Shown here piece by piece: positions 1 through 11,966 of a stretch of DNA of 64,000 nucleotides (positions are counted from its first letter, which is position 1; each line of letters starts with the position of its first letter). Under the pieces are notes generated by a model. The model had not been told where the DNA came from. It was given only the letters and a program-made list of their open reading frames with translations, and searched no databases. Source of the stretch: Lama guanicoe (lineage: Eukaryota); NCBI GenBank assembly GCA_013239625.1, contig MU054026.1, positions 744,001 through 808,000 on the forward strand, written 5' to 3'. Made by a program: the position numbers and the translations under genes.

Positions 1-147
1 GCCCTCTGCGCTGTAAGATGTTAGCAGCATGCTGGCTTCCGATTACGTTACTAGCGACACACCCTCTGAATAGTGACAACTAAAAATGTCCCAGACATTG
101 ACAAACGTCCCACGGGGGCAAAAATCACGCCCAGCTGAAAAACAATG
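1..147. mobile_element. MER20-like hAT-Charlie DNA transposon fossil (cut by window edge)
   Basis: gtgacaactaaaaatgtcccagacattgacaaacgtcccacgggggcaaaaatcacgcccagctgaaaaacaatg resembles the recalled MER20 terminal half. Confidence 0.75.
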
Positions 148-2824
148 CTTTAAGACATTCTGGGAGCTTGTCTCCCTCAAGTCAATTCTTTAGAGCGAAT
201 CCAACAGAAATTTACGTAATAAGATAGTGGGCAACAAAGGCATTTGCTGGTTGTCACTAATATGGCCAGACAGGCAAAAGTATTCATCCAGGGGGAACGT
301 ATCTGTAATGACTTCCAATTTCTGTTTTGTTTTCCTCTCCTTTAAGCCCCTTTCTATGCGGCTCATTGACACTTAGTGTTCATCTGCTATCTTGTAGCAC
401 ATAAGGGTCCCTAACATAGGTTGGGCCAAAATTGAATTTCCTGGTGACCCCATGCATTCTCTGGGCCTTACTTCTCTTCCCACAATACCAGTGAGACATC
501 GCTTCTGTGTGTTCTGTTCTCCAAGAATCTTGCTGGCTAGAGAAAAAAATGCATGCACTCATAATCCTGTATTAACAGTTGTTAGTGGTTGAAAAGGTTA
601 ACCCTGCAAAGATTTTTCTATATACACATACACGTGCTTTCAGTATATAACAGCTAAAAAAAATGGATAATGAGAGATTGACATCATGAGATGGTTTCAG
701 AGAGGTGATAAGATTAGAAAGTCTTCAGATCACACTTCTACCTAATTATGAGATTACCCTTGGTTGTCAGAGTTCAGAATCGGGGTGCCTCGAGCAGAGA
801 GAAGTTTTTTACTTATGATCGTATAGGACCGAGTTCTTCAAGCTTTGATGATTATGTAACACCTGTAAGAAAAAAATTTTTTAATGGACGGCCCTCTGTA
901 TATACTTTATAAATAGGAGAACTTTTAAATCATACTAAATATTAACAAGTTAAATTAAAAAAATTTGATCCTTTTTATAAGTTGAAATAATCGTATTTTC
1001 TTTCTACATTCCCTCAAAGTCATTTTATCACTCTAAGGATGCTCGGACCCCCTACCCTGGGGAACCACTTCTTAGTCTTGCATAGGTGAGCCTCAGGGGA
1101 CCTGAATCTGGACACACAATTTTCTGATCCTCGGCACATGTTGCACCTTTCCGCAGAGAGCTCCATAGCATTCATCCATTTAAAAAAGAGATCCTTAATC
1201 CAAAAGATGTTAGGAACCATTCTGGCAGTCCTTGAGAGTGATCAAGCGTTCATGCAGTGAGCTGCGGTGTAATGTATGCTTTTCTCCCTAAGGATGCAAG
1301 GATACAGGGTGGTCCTTCTTGGTTCCCTGATCATGAATCAGGGGAGTTTTCTCGAACTCCACCATCCCTCTGTGGTGATCATGAGCTCAGTCTTGGAATT
1401 TTAAGTTTGCAAATATACAATGGAGAGAAGGAATTTTAAAGATCTTCTAGTCTTCCTTTCTGTTTTTATACAGATGATAATAGCAGAACACCCAAGATCA
1501 CTCAGGTCTTCTCCCTACGTTCTCTGTCCCTGTGTGCCTCACAGCTGCTCTCTGAAGATTATTTTTATAGTTGCCTCAGATACCACAGTTTTAATATTTA
1601 AAAAAAAAACCCAAGAAAATTATAATAAATCAAAGACTTCTGGCATGCAAATGTTAAGAAATATTTAGCACATTTCTAGAATTCATCTTGAATCTCGTCC
1701 AGATCTGAGCAGTTAGATTCACTAAAACAACATCTTCATCGTTAAGATGGATGCAAATACTTGAGGGAAAACAAATCAAAATGGTGAATAATCTCCCAGT
1801 GTCTTCAGGAGCTAAGAGGACCCTCTTTCTTTCAGTCTATGATGGGGCTGTTTTAAGGATGTCACGGGGAGTGTGTGCATGCACGTGCACAGGTAAGTAT
1901 GCACAAACACATCAGAATGGTCTTCGAGTTAAAACAAATGAGGAACAGAATAAATATCAGTGCCTGTTCCTGGACACTGTCATTGCAAAGTCATATGACC
2001 TGGAACAGAGAGAATTGCTGCTTGTTTCTGCAGCCAGCCGCTCACCTCTAGTGTTTCAATCTCTGTCCTCGTAGTAGGAGACTGAAGGCGCCGTCCTGTC
2101 TCCCCTGGGCAGGAGAGTCGGCGGTGGTGTGTGTGATCACGCATCACTGTTGCGCTACACTTCACTCCGCTCAGAGGACCGTTGCCCACCCCACCCCCGC
2201 GTGCTACCAGTGGCCCAGACATCTACCCCTGGGTCTCAGAACGCGCTCCTTCCTTCTTCCTTAGAAAGCACTGCTCATGCTTAGGAAAATTAGGGACCAT
2301 CACGAGTAACACTTTTCTTACTGTGATCTCAGGGTTCTCCATCAGGGCTGATAGCACCGTGACACTCTTGTCTGTGCATCTGTGATGCACGCTGGAATTC
2401 CAAGGGACCCTGTCTAAACAAAGTTGCTGATTTAGTCCACCACTCTCATTAACCAGAGACGGACAGTGGCTTGTTTATGGCCACTTCCTCTGGTCACTTC
2501 TCTATAGTTACAGGGAATTCAAGTTCAGCTTCCTACCAGGTCTTTATTTTATTAAGCCCCACGGCTTTTCTCTGTATCTTCTCATTTAAATTCGAAGCAA
2601 GAGAGTGGGTTTATATCCTGGGTGTTCAGTCCTGGGTTCCGTGATGAGAAGACATGGAATAGATCTGAATTTGGCCCTCAGCCTGGACCCAAGACCAGCA
2701 AAGGCCAGCAGGGCTTAGCAGGTTGAAGCAGAGCGGTAGAAAGGCTAAAAGATTCATGAGCAAGCAACAAGTGCTTATGGTTACAAGCCTTGAATTTCTT
2801 TTTTTTTTTTAAAGTGTAAATAAT

Positions 2825-2911
2825 GCTAGTAAAAGCTGACTATTTACAAGCACTTACTGTGTGTCAGACACTGTTCTGAATGGTGGCGATACAGTATTGA
2901 ACAAGACAATC
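2825..2911 (-). mobile_element. L2 3'-end fragment
   Basis: tatttacaagcacttactgtgtgtcagacactgttctgaatggtggcgatacagtattgaacaagaca is the typical reverse-strand L2 tail. Confidence 0.65.
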
Positions 2912-2927
2912 AAATTTCTCCCTTCCC

Positions 2928-3214
2928 AACCTTCCTACACTGCTGGTGGGAATGTAGTTTGGGGCAGCCATTATGGAATACAGTGTGGAGATTCCTCGAT
3001 AAACTAAAAACAGACTTAGCATATGATCTGGCAATGCCAGTCCTGGGCATATATCTGGAGAGAACTCTAATTTGAAAAGTTACATGCACCCCAATGTTCA
3101 TAGTAGAACTATATACAATAGCCAAGATGTGGAGGCAACTGAAATGTCCATCGACAGATGACTGGATAAAGAAGTTGTGGCATATTTCTACAATGAAATA
3201 CTACTCAAAAGGAG

Positions 3215-3257
<43 letters not shown>

Positions 3258-3295
3258 GAGAAAGAGAGAAAGAGAGAGAGAAAGAAAGAAAGAAA

Positions 3296-3327
<32 letters not shown>

Positions 3328-3365
3328 GAGAAAGAGAGAAAGAGAGAGAGAAAGAAAGAAAGAAA

Positions 3366-3397
<32 letters not shown>

Positions 3398-3435
3398 GAG
3401 AAAGAGAGAAAGAGAGAGAGAAAGAAAGAAAGAAA

Positions 3436-3483
<48 letters not shown>

Positions 3484-4055
3484 AAAAGAAAGAAAGAAAG
3501 AAAAAGAAAGAGAGAAGGAAAGAAAGAGAGAAGGAAAGAAAGAAAGAAAGAAAGAAAAAAGGACTACTCACCTATAATGAAGAATAAAATGGTGCCATTT
3601 GCAGCAACATGGCTGGACCTAGAGATCGTCATTCTAAGTGAAGTAAGCCAGAAAGAGAAAGAAAAATACCATATGATATCACTCATATGTGGACTATAAA
3701 AAAAAAAGAAAAGAAAAAGAGAAAGAGGACTCTAATGAACTCATGTACAAAACAGAAACAGACTTGCAGACTTAGGAAATAATCTTATGGTAACCGGGGG
3801 GAAGGGGGTGGGAAGAGATAAGTTTGGGAGTTGGAGATTTGTACTTGTTAACCACTATATACAAAAATAGATAAAATCAAATCTCTTCTGTACAGCACAG
3901 GGAAATATATTCAATATCTTGTAATAATCTTTAATGAAAAAGAATATGGAAATGAATACATGTATGTATATGCGTGACTGGGACATTGTGCTGTGCACCA
4001 GAAATTGACACACTGTAACTGACTGTACTTCAATTAATATGAAAAAGACCCACAA
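2928..4055 (+). mobile_element. 5'-truncated LINE-1 (ORF2 C-terminus plus 3'UTR) with target-site duplication
   Basis: Collinear with 29259-29990 of the full-length L1. Encodes ORF2 C-terminal motifs ([31 protein letters not shown]). Flanked by aaatttctcccttccc (2912-2927) and aaaattctcccttccc (4056-4071), 15/16 identical. Confidence 0.95.
3208..3562. repeat. Compound (GAAA)n/(GA)n pure-purine microsatellite inside L1
   Basis: 355 bp containing only A and G, with three identical 70-bp units at 3251-3460. Confidence 0.98.
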
Positions 4056-4890
4056 AAAATTCTCCCTTCCCTCTCTCACCTGTGTGTGTGTGTATACAGT
4101 ATGTGTAGTATATTTTCATAAGTGCTTTCTACGTAATGCATGGATATAGATGTGTTCATATGCCTTCAGACATGCAAGAAAGCGTGTTGACTCACGTGTC
4201 AGGAGCAGTTGACTCAGGTGATGGAGAGAAAAGAGCGACTGAAATACAGAGTAAGTTTCTAACCAGGTCAGCCAACCTCCAAAGCCTGTGTTCTTTCCCT
4301 CTGTACTACCCAGTTTGCCCTGCTGTCTTTTCACACTCTTCTGACTTAGGAGGCCACTCAGGGAAACAACCGGGGCAGGGAAGCAATAAAGATTTTCTCA
4401 TTTAAAATGAGATGTTCGCCGCATGACAGCAAGCCCCACGGCGTCCGCTCACAGTCAAGAACACCTTCCATCTGAGGGCAAAATGCTCCCAAGTTGGCTG
4501 CTCCACATGCAGCAGCCTGGATTTACCAGTGTTGACGGGTTTTTTTGTTTGCTTGTTTGTTTGTTTTTTGTTTGTTTGTTTTACCAGGTGGAAGAAAAAC
4601 CTTTGCCTTATACAAGTGTGCAACCCAATCAGGTCTTAAGACATGGACTTTAATCCACAGGCAGCTGGTAAATGTGCATAACTTTGTGTCCCTGAGAACA
4701 GTTGCAGGTCATACAACTTCCTTCTGCTCATCAAACAGGTCTCCATCTACTTGTCTTTATTTACAGTTTCAGAATTCCCGCAACACCCACAGGACTGCAG
4801 TCATGTGTGCTGTGGTAGACTTACCAGTAGCAGTGATGTAAATAGTTCCTTAGTTTGAATTATATCTTTCTCACACTTCAGTGTACTCAA

Positions 4891-4892
<2 letters not shown>

Positions 4893-4926
<34 letters not shown>
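4893..4926. repeat. (CA)17 microsatellite
   Basis: Uninterrupted CA run read directly from the sequence. Confidence 0.97.
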
Positions 4927-4928
<2 letters not shown>

Positions 4929-6689
4929 TGTGTTTATCTCTGTAAAGCACACTATGCTTTTCAACCATTTTTACGTAGATTATCTCATTTCATCTTCATA
5001 GCAGCCTTGACACGCGGGTTGAACAGAGTTTATTTTGTGATTCATAAATGATCCCAGAACGTTCCAGTAGCTGACCCAAGGGGACACAGCGCGAGGGCAC
5101 GAGCTTCGAAAAGAATCGTTTTCCAACCCCACTGCCTGACATTCTTACCATTCAAGGACGCTTAGCAACCACTTCCCACTCTGTTTTATGAGTATCTGAA
5201 GACTTCAGTATGTTTGAAACCACAGCTTCCTAAAGGAAGAGAGAATTGCTGTTTTATAGGTAAAGAGCACTGTTGAACAGGCTCCCCTGTAGGGAACGGG
5301 AAGTATGAACTTGGTCAGGGTCTAAAATAAGAAAACAGAATGGGTAGGACCGCCCACCCCACGTCCTGGAGGGTGCTGGCCAGTCCTACAGCTTCATGGT
5401 CGGGGCCTAGTGTAGACGCCAACACACAGTGAGCGCTTACCATGTTTCTTCTGAGTGAATTAATGAATAAATGGATCAACATGTTTTCTAATCTAACAAC
5501 ACACTGTGGTAGCCACATCCAATCGAAGCTTTGTGGGATGCCAGCTAAGAAAACGAATGCGCTCTTTGCATTAGGGCAAGTACTCTCTTCTAGAAACAAA
5601 CATCTCCAAGGAGTGGTCACAACCAGCCAGTCTAGCTCCTCGCACTCTCTCCCCAGCATCTGGCAGTCTGTTGAAATGCCATTTCTGAGGTCAGTGGCGA
5701 CTTCTTCCCTCTTTGGGGTCTCTTAAATCTTCCTTCTCCTGTCCAGCCCCAGTGCCACCACTCCAGGTCGTCCTTCAGTAAGATGCATGCGCATCACTGC
5801 TGTGGAGCAACAACCACACGGCCCGTCAGAGCTTGTGAGCTGCTGCTCCCAACGGTGAATGCTGTAATTTAGTGTCTGTTGGTTGGAACGCACTCTTTTG
5901 GCCTTCTCTTAAACCGTTTGTAAGACATTGTTCAAGCTACGGAGTGTACTGGTCTACATTTGCAGACCCTCCTCGGTGGTTCTGAGACCACCAGAGCAAA
6001 TGGAGCGGGAGAGAGCGAGTCAGAATGCTCCAATGCCAGCTCAGTCCCCACCATTTACTAGACGTGGGTCTACGTGCAGCCAGTGAACCTCTCAGGAAAG
6101 TTGAAGATCAAGTTTGTGGTCTAAGAGGATGTATTCATGCCTTTTAAAAATGTAGAACTCCATTTGAAAATTTTTAAAAAGTTACTATCTATTGAACATC
6201 TCTCTATAAGGCAGCAAGTTACAGTTTTTAAATCTATAATTCTTATAAAATCCTAAAATGAATCTCCCATTTTACAGGTAAGGGAACAGCGCTCACATAG
6301 AGTGCTCACCCAATGTTTGGCTCTGGCAATCATGGTCTTCCATTTGTTGAAAATATGACTCTTCTTAGAAGTTTCAAAGTCTTCTCATTGAACAACTGAT
6401 CCAAGGCAACCTTCTCGGTTGGGCAGTCCAGACCTTTATATCAGAGGCTGAAAGCTTCCATGCCTGACTTCTGAACATTTCCTGACTTTTTTTTTTCTTT
6501 TCTGACTCCCTTAAATGTACCCTTGGCTCCAGCTACTACCGTTTCTTTATTGTGCCATCCCCCTCCCAATTAAATCCAAATATATTGTAAGCTACCACCT
6601 AAGACTTCTGTTTTTCCTTAACGCTTCACAGAATAACGCCTAGTCTGGTCTCTTACTCAGAACAAAAGTACCAAGGGAGCTCAGCTAAT

Positions 6690-6885
6690 TCACACGAACA
6701 CGATGTTGGTTAAAACATTTCTTAGCATTGCCCTCTGTTTGTTTTATGTGTTTACTCACATTTTCCGAACTAAACTATGAACTGTGAAGAGCAGGGGAAA
6801 TAACTGATTTTCAAAACTTTTCCTCAACGCTTTGCAGAGAACTCCCAATTTTAGACAGGCTTGCTCAATGAATTATTTATCTGAA
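6690..6885 (+). mobile_element. L2 3'-end fragment
   Basis: actaaactatgaactgtgaagagcagggga...gcttgctcaatgaattatttatctgaa resembles the L2 tail. Confidence 0.55.
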
Positions 6886-7009
6886 CATCGCTTGAAAGAT
6901 GGATTTATCTTTGCCTCTCCTTCAATGACATGGACTTGCTCCCTAAAGCTGTTTAATAGTAACACTCTGTGTAAAAGATTCCACCTTCAAAGCTCTTTTT
7001 TTAATGTGA

Positions 7010-7185
7010 TCAATTAACTCAAGTTCACAATCACTTAATAAGACGTTTACTATTATTCCTATCTTGAAGATGAAGAAATTGAAGTCCAGCTCACAAAAGG
7101 GTGCCCAGGCTTCAACAGAGTTAAAGAGAAAGTTGGAATTGGAACAGAGATCTTCTGATACCCAGTCCAAAGTGCTTCCCTCCAT
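7010..7185 (-). mobile_element. MIR SINE fragment
   Basis: attattcctatcttgaagatgaagaaattgaagtccag...ttggaacagagatcttctgatacccagtcc resembles the MIR core. Confidence 0.6.
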
Positions 7186-8132
7186 CCCATGGCCCCTTTC
7201 TACCTTCCATTGTTTTCCACCCCGATGGAGCTCTACCCATCAGACCCTCTCAACGCCGCAGGCTCTAAGGACAGCATTAGCATAACAAAAAAGTGATGTG
7301 CAGTGACCTATCAGATTCCGTGAATTTCCTAGTGATAAAGGCCCAATGAATTTGGAATTTATAATTTTGATAAGGGAAACCATTTTTCCTTTCTGTGTAC
7401 ATCAGGTTATAAGAAATGTTTTCTAACAAGCTTGGTGAGGCATGGTAACCTGGCAGGGCTCACATGTCATCTGCCAGTTATGACTTTTAGACCCAAAGCC
7501 ATCCTGGTGTGTCCTGGCCCTTCTCCTGATCATTTGTTAAGGTGCAGCTCTCCTGGAAGGGTACATTATCATTCCTCCACGCCAATCTACCAGCTCATTG
7601 AAGTGCCATCAGTGGCTTTCCAGACTCATGCATAGCGTATTCACAGCCATCAGTGGCATCACTGGAAAATTACAAGCCTCAATAAAACCCACACGTCCCT
7701 GAATTCAGCCCATGCACTACAGTTTTCAATTTGCTTCATCCATTATTTCTTACAGGTGTGCTCAAGGTTATGAGATTTGATCACATTATGCATTTAAAAT
7801 TTTCCTACTGACTCCAACATTATAGACATGTCAAAGATAAAGCACTTCCAAGTGCCATTTAATCCTAATGGAGTCTGGGAAGTAATAAGAAACTTAAAAA
7901 AAATGTTTATGTAAATATTCAAAGTTTTTGTTTTTTTTTTGAAGAATAAGATGCAACTTACCTCAATACTGTTCTGGAACAACATTTTCTGAGTTAAATG
8001 ATGTTAATATTTCTGAAAATTTGCTTTTAATCAAGTTTTAGTCACCAATGTAACTAAGCAAGTAATATATGTCAGTTAAGTATAATTTAAATTGTAAATA
8101 TGCCCATCTGTTTTGAAAATATTTCCTTAGGT

Positions 8133-8615
8133 CAATGTTGTCCAATAGAAATAGAATTTGAGTCACATACATAACTTTCACATTTTCTAGTAACCATATT
8201 TTACAAAGATAAATAACACTTATATTTAATTTTAATAATATACTTTATTTAACCTAATATATCTAAAATATTATTTTAACATGTAATCAATATTAAGATA
8301 TTGAGATATTTTACACTATTTTTCTTTTTTATTTTACTAAGTCTTCAAAATATGGTGATTATTTGACACTTAAAATACATCTCAATTTGGACTAGCCATC
8401 TCAATGGTCTGCTGGAGCCAGCTACACTGGATTTCCAGAGCTGGTTGTTAAATTCTCAGAATTTCATGAGTCGGTTGAGTGGTAGATTAAAATTGCCCAC
8501 TGTAGGAATATTTATTCCACAGAAATGCTCAATTGCTGCAATCTGGGGAGGGGAGCTGGTTGTTAAATGTTTGCCAGGACACCACCGCAAAATAGAGCCT
8601 ACCGTGTTGGACAAT
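8133..8615. mobile_element. MER33-like hAT-Charlie element interrupted by a second DNA transposon
   Basis: Starts caatgttgtccaatagaaatagaatttgagtcacata, has the AT-rich body and catctcaatttggactagcca, then resumes with ctaccgtgttggaca after the insert. tgtccaa and ttggaca are inverted termini. Confidence 0.75.
8402..8588. mobile_element. MER63-like hAT-Blackjack element nested in MER33
   Basis: caatggtctgctggagccagc...gagctggttgttaaatgtttgccaggacaccaccg has imperfect terminal inverted repeats and a twice-repeated gagctggttgttaaat motif. Confidence 0.7.
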
Positions 8616-9819
8616 TCATCCCCAGGTAATGACAGCAACTATAGATTTGCTAGACGTGTTTCTTAAGCATGTTTGGAACTCTGGCTAATTTGTTCTTAAG
8701 TGTGATGAGAGAATGATGCTTTTCATTATGTTTACCACTTGGAAAAATATGAAGGGAGAGGAACACAATAAACTGACTGAGCATCTCTTAGTTTTGAGAC
8801 TCCATAGCCCAAACTCTGAAACACCCCATCCTTCTATTCAATTCTTAATTTGGGCTTGGGGAACAGCTTGCTTCTGGTCTTTAAGAATACGTCCAGCTCT
8901 GAATGTGGTGAGGAGAAGACTGGGGAAAGGAATTAGCACAAAAACATGAACAAGATACAAACTTTTTTGTAGATATGATAAGTAGCAGTTGTGTTTTATG
9001 AGAAAGTAGAGATTTTATATTAAGACATTAGTTTATGTATTTAAACCTCGTTAAGGGTTATTAAATGTTATTTATTAAAAAGCACAAAATTCATTAACTT
9101 TTTAAGATTACCTAAAATCCTTCTAATAGGTTAAATTTAAATGATTAGACCTAATTTTAGTAGAGGAGGATAATGGGGTAAGCATTCTAAGATGTTTTAT
9201 CATAAAAGACTCTGCTGTTTGTAACAAATATATACTCTTCCATAAAAACAGTAATAGGTTGCTTTTATTAGGTACGTAACTCTGTGCCAGGCACTTTAAA
9301 TATTTATTTCAATTGATTTACACAGTGATCCTAAGTGGTGGATATTACACAGATTCTAAAAAGTAGGAAATTGAAGATCAGAAAAGTTAGTGGCTTCAAA
9401 GTCAGCCATCTGGTCGACCTGAGCAGTGCACTAAGGCCATTCTTATTACAAAGTCTGTGGGCTTTTCTCCTTGGCTCCCTAGGACTTCTGCTCAAGTTTA
9501 CTGGATTTTTTTTTCCCATGTTTTTCTTACGGGGAGATAGGGAAGGATGGAAGCATCCTTAGAATCAATAAAGCCTCTTTGGTTCAAATGGTGAGGGTGG
9601 TACAGAGCAGAGGGAAGTAACAAGCTCAGATATATTTACCAGAGTATAGTTTTGTTCACTCTACCATCCCCAGTAAATATGTCAATACTAGTAGACTATG
9701 TGTACTAAATACACATATATAAAATGAATCTGACCTCTCATAGGAAAGCAAAGCAAAACAAAAAACAATTAACCAAAAAAAAAAGTTTTATTCTTTAGGT
9801 ATGATAAGTGGAAGGTGGC

Positions 9820-10050
9820 ATTTCCTGAGCACTTACCATGGGACAGACACTGATTTAGGTGCTTGCCTTGTATGGACTAATTTAATTCCCACCAACTGCA
9901 TAAGGTTGGTACAATTGATATTCCCATTTTACAGAGGAGGAAAACTGAGGCACACAGAGAATAAGAAACTTCCCCATGCTCCAAACAAGTAGCAGAACTG
10001 GGATTTAAACCCAAGCAATCTGGATCCATAATGTGTACTCTTAGTCACCG
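9820..10050 (-). mobile_element. MIR SINE, near full length
   Basis: Core cccattttacagaggaggaaaactgaggcac and B-box-derived ctgggatttaaacccaagcaatctggatcca. Confidence 0.85.
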
Positions 10051-10199
10051 CAGTATATCTATCTCATTGATTACATGGCAGACAAGCCACAAACAACTTA
10101 AATTTAAAAAAAAAATAGTAAATAATGAACATACTTCTCCAAAGTGACTATGAGAAAAGATGTACACACTACCATAAATCAGTTAAATATTAATTGTCA

Positions 10200-11110
10200 A
10201 ATTAGAACTAAGAAATTATTGCAGAAGGAGGCATCACTTCCTACTCTCAAATACTGAAGATGGAGGAGCTGGGATTTAAACAGGCCATTAAAGGACAAGT
10301 GGGATTCGCATCAACAGGGAAAGTCGAAGGCATGTTCTGTCCAGAGAGGACAGTATAAGCAAATGCATGGAGCACAAATCTATCAATATATCAGACTAAG
10401 AATTTTGGAAATGGGAGAGTGGTCAACGGCAGTGGAAAGATAGTTATGAGCAAGAACAAGTGTCTGTTTCCACTGCGGCGAGCAATTAAATTTCCCACAC
10501 ATCATAGACTCCTGCTTGTGGACCTTCCATCAGAGGCTCTGTGAGGATATTAACACCTTCCCTGAGGTGTTCTGTTCTGGTGGGCTCTAAGACCAATAAC
10601 CATAACGTATCGTAGGGTAAGGGAAGTGGCCCATCAAACAAAGTGTCATGGCGGGAAAGAAGGAGAATATGGGGGTAAAAGGAGGGAGGTGTCATGTGAT
10701 CTACTAAAGACTGTAAACAAGGCTTCAGAGGTGATACATCAGAGAATGGTATTTAGTTTGTCTATAGCATCATAAATTATGTGATGAGGAACAGTAGGAG
10801 GTCAGACTAGAAAGGTTCGTTGAGGTCATAATGTGCAGAACCTTGAATGCTGGGTGTAAGGAATTTATATTTCATCAATAGCCATTGTTCAGTGGGTGGC
10901 CCTGAAGGGTTTTGAGCTTCAGAGATAGAATTACATTTCCACTTCAGGAAAATAAATCTGACACTTATGAGTGGAATAAGGTATAGTGCAGGGAGCTGTA
11001 GGCTGGAATTCATGCTGGTGGTTATTGTAGAAGATTGGCCTAGAGATAATGATGTCCTGAGATGGGATGGTAGCTGTATATATGGAAGGAAGAGGGTGTG
11101 TAAAAGTGCT
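10200..11110 (-). mobile_element. Degenerate L2 fragments
   Basis: Purine-rich segments such as cttgaatgctgggtgtaaggaatttatatttcatc and gataatgatgtcctgagatgggatggtagc are typical of antisense L2. Confidence 0.5.
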
Positions 11111-11534
11111 TTGGGTACTAAATTTGTTCTGAGTATAAAGAGGAAAAACCCAAGACGTGAGAGCAGGAAAATGGCAAGATCAAAATTATATGACTTCCCA
11201 ATTCTTTTATTCTCTCTTTTACTCATCATTTAATAGGTTCTGAGATTCAGAGAAAGCAGGAGTGGTGAAAATTTTAAGAGTTTAGGGATAGCAGATGTAT
11301 CTGTGGGGTTAGGCTTCTCCTGAGTGGGTGGGAAGTTGATAATTTATGGCACAGAGGTGGGGACAAGGGAAAGCATTCTCCTAGGGTACAGTGCAAGAGT
11401 AGAGGCATTTTATTTCTCAATCTCATCATCTGCATTAGCAGAAATGCTACAGAAAATTAGGCTTATGTTTTTCTTGGTCTAATCTAGATTCAAAATATTT
11501 CTAAGTGTACACCTCATGTCTAGATGAACTACAT

Positions 11535-11966
11535 AGCACTACTTCTCAAATTATCTGTGGTTAGGAGCACTTTCATTTTTTTAAAAAAATTCCTGTCCAT
11601 CACTGAATTTTATAAATTCCTGTAGAAATAAAATCAATGAAAAGCTGACATATATAAATGATAGAGGTGCTAATTATCTCTATAGTGGCCACCATATTAC
11701 AATATATAAATTATCAAATTAACATGTTGTAAACCTTAAATTTATATTCTGTTGTGTGTCAAATATATTTCAATAAAAAACTGATGTATAAATACAGACC
11801 CCAATTTTTAATTATTTTATTCAATAAATGTAAGATTACTCTTATCAAACTGCTAAAATGATTTCTAAATACCTATTATCAATTTCTGAGTTTGCTTTGT
11901 CACATAAGTAACAAACAGCTCAGACTCGAGCCCCTGTTTGACTGCCCTTGCTTCAAATAACACTGG
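11535..11966. mobile_element. MER5C-like hAT-Charlie element containing an L1 3' tail
   Basis: cactacttctcaaattatctgtggt...taagattactcttatcaaactgctaaaatgatttctaaatacctattatcaatttctg...taacaaacag resembles recalled MER5C. Confidence 0.6.
11660..11780 (+). mobile_element. Short L1 3'-terminal fragment
   Basis: atcaaattaacatgttgtaaaccttaaatttatattctgttgtgtgtcaaatatatttcaataaaaaa. Degenerate flanking repeat ctgacatatataaat / ctgatgtataaat. Confidence 0.75.

Noticed and set aside
1940..2015. Minus-strand acceptor (ttctctctgttccag) followed by a short stop-terminated frame, as a terminal exon
   Set aside because: The peptides (SYDFAMTVSRNRH*, HMTLQ*) match nothing I recognise and no upstream coding exons could be linked
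3251..3460. Regular repeats as a CRISPR-like array
   Set aside because: Units are contiguous with no unique spacers, the DNA is eukaryotic and there are no cas genes
3177..3587. K/E/R-rich and F/L/S-rich ORFs (136 aa plus strand, 127 aa minus strand)
   Set aside because: Translations of the GAAA microsatellite, which has no stop codons
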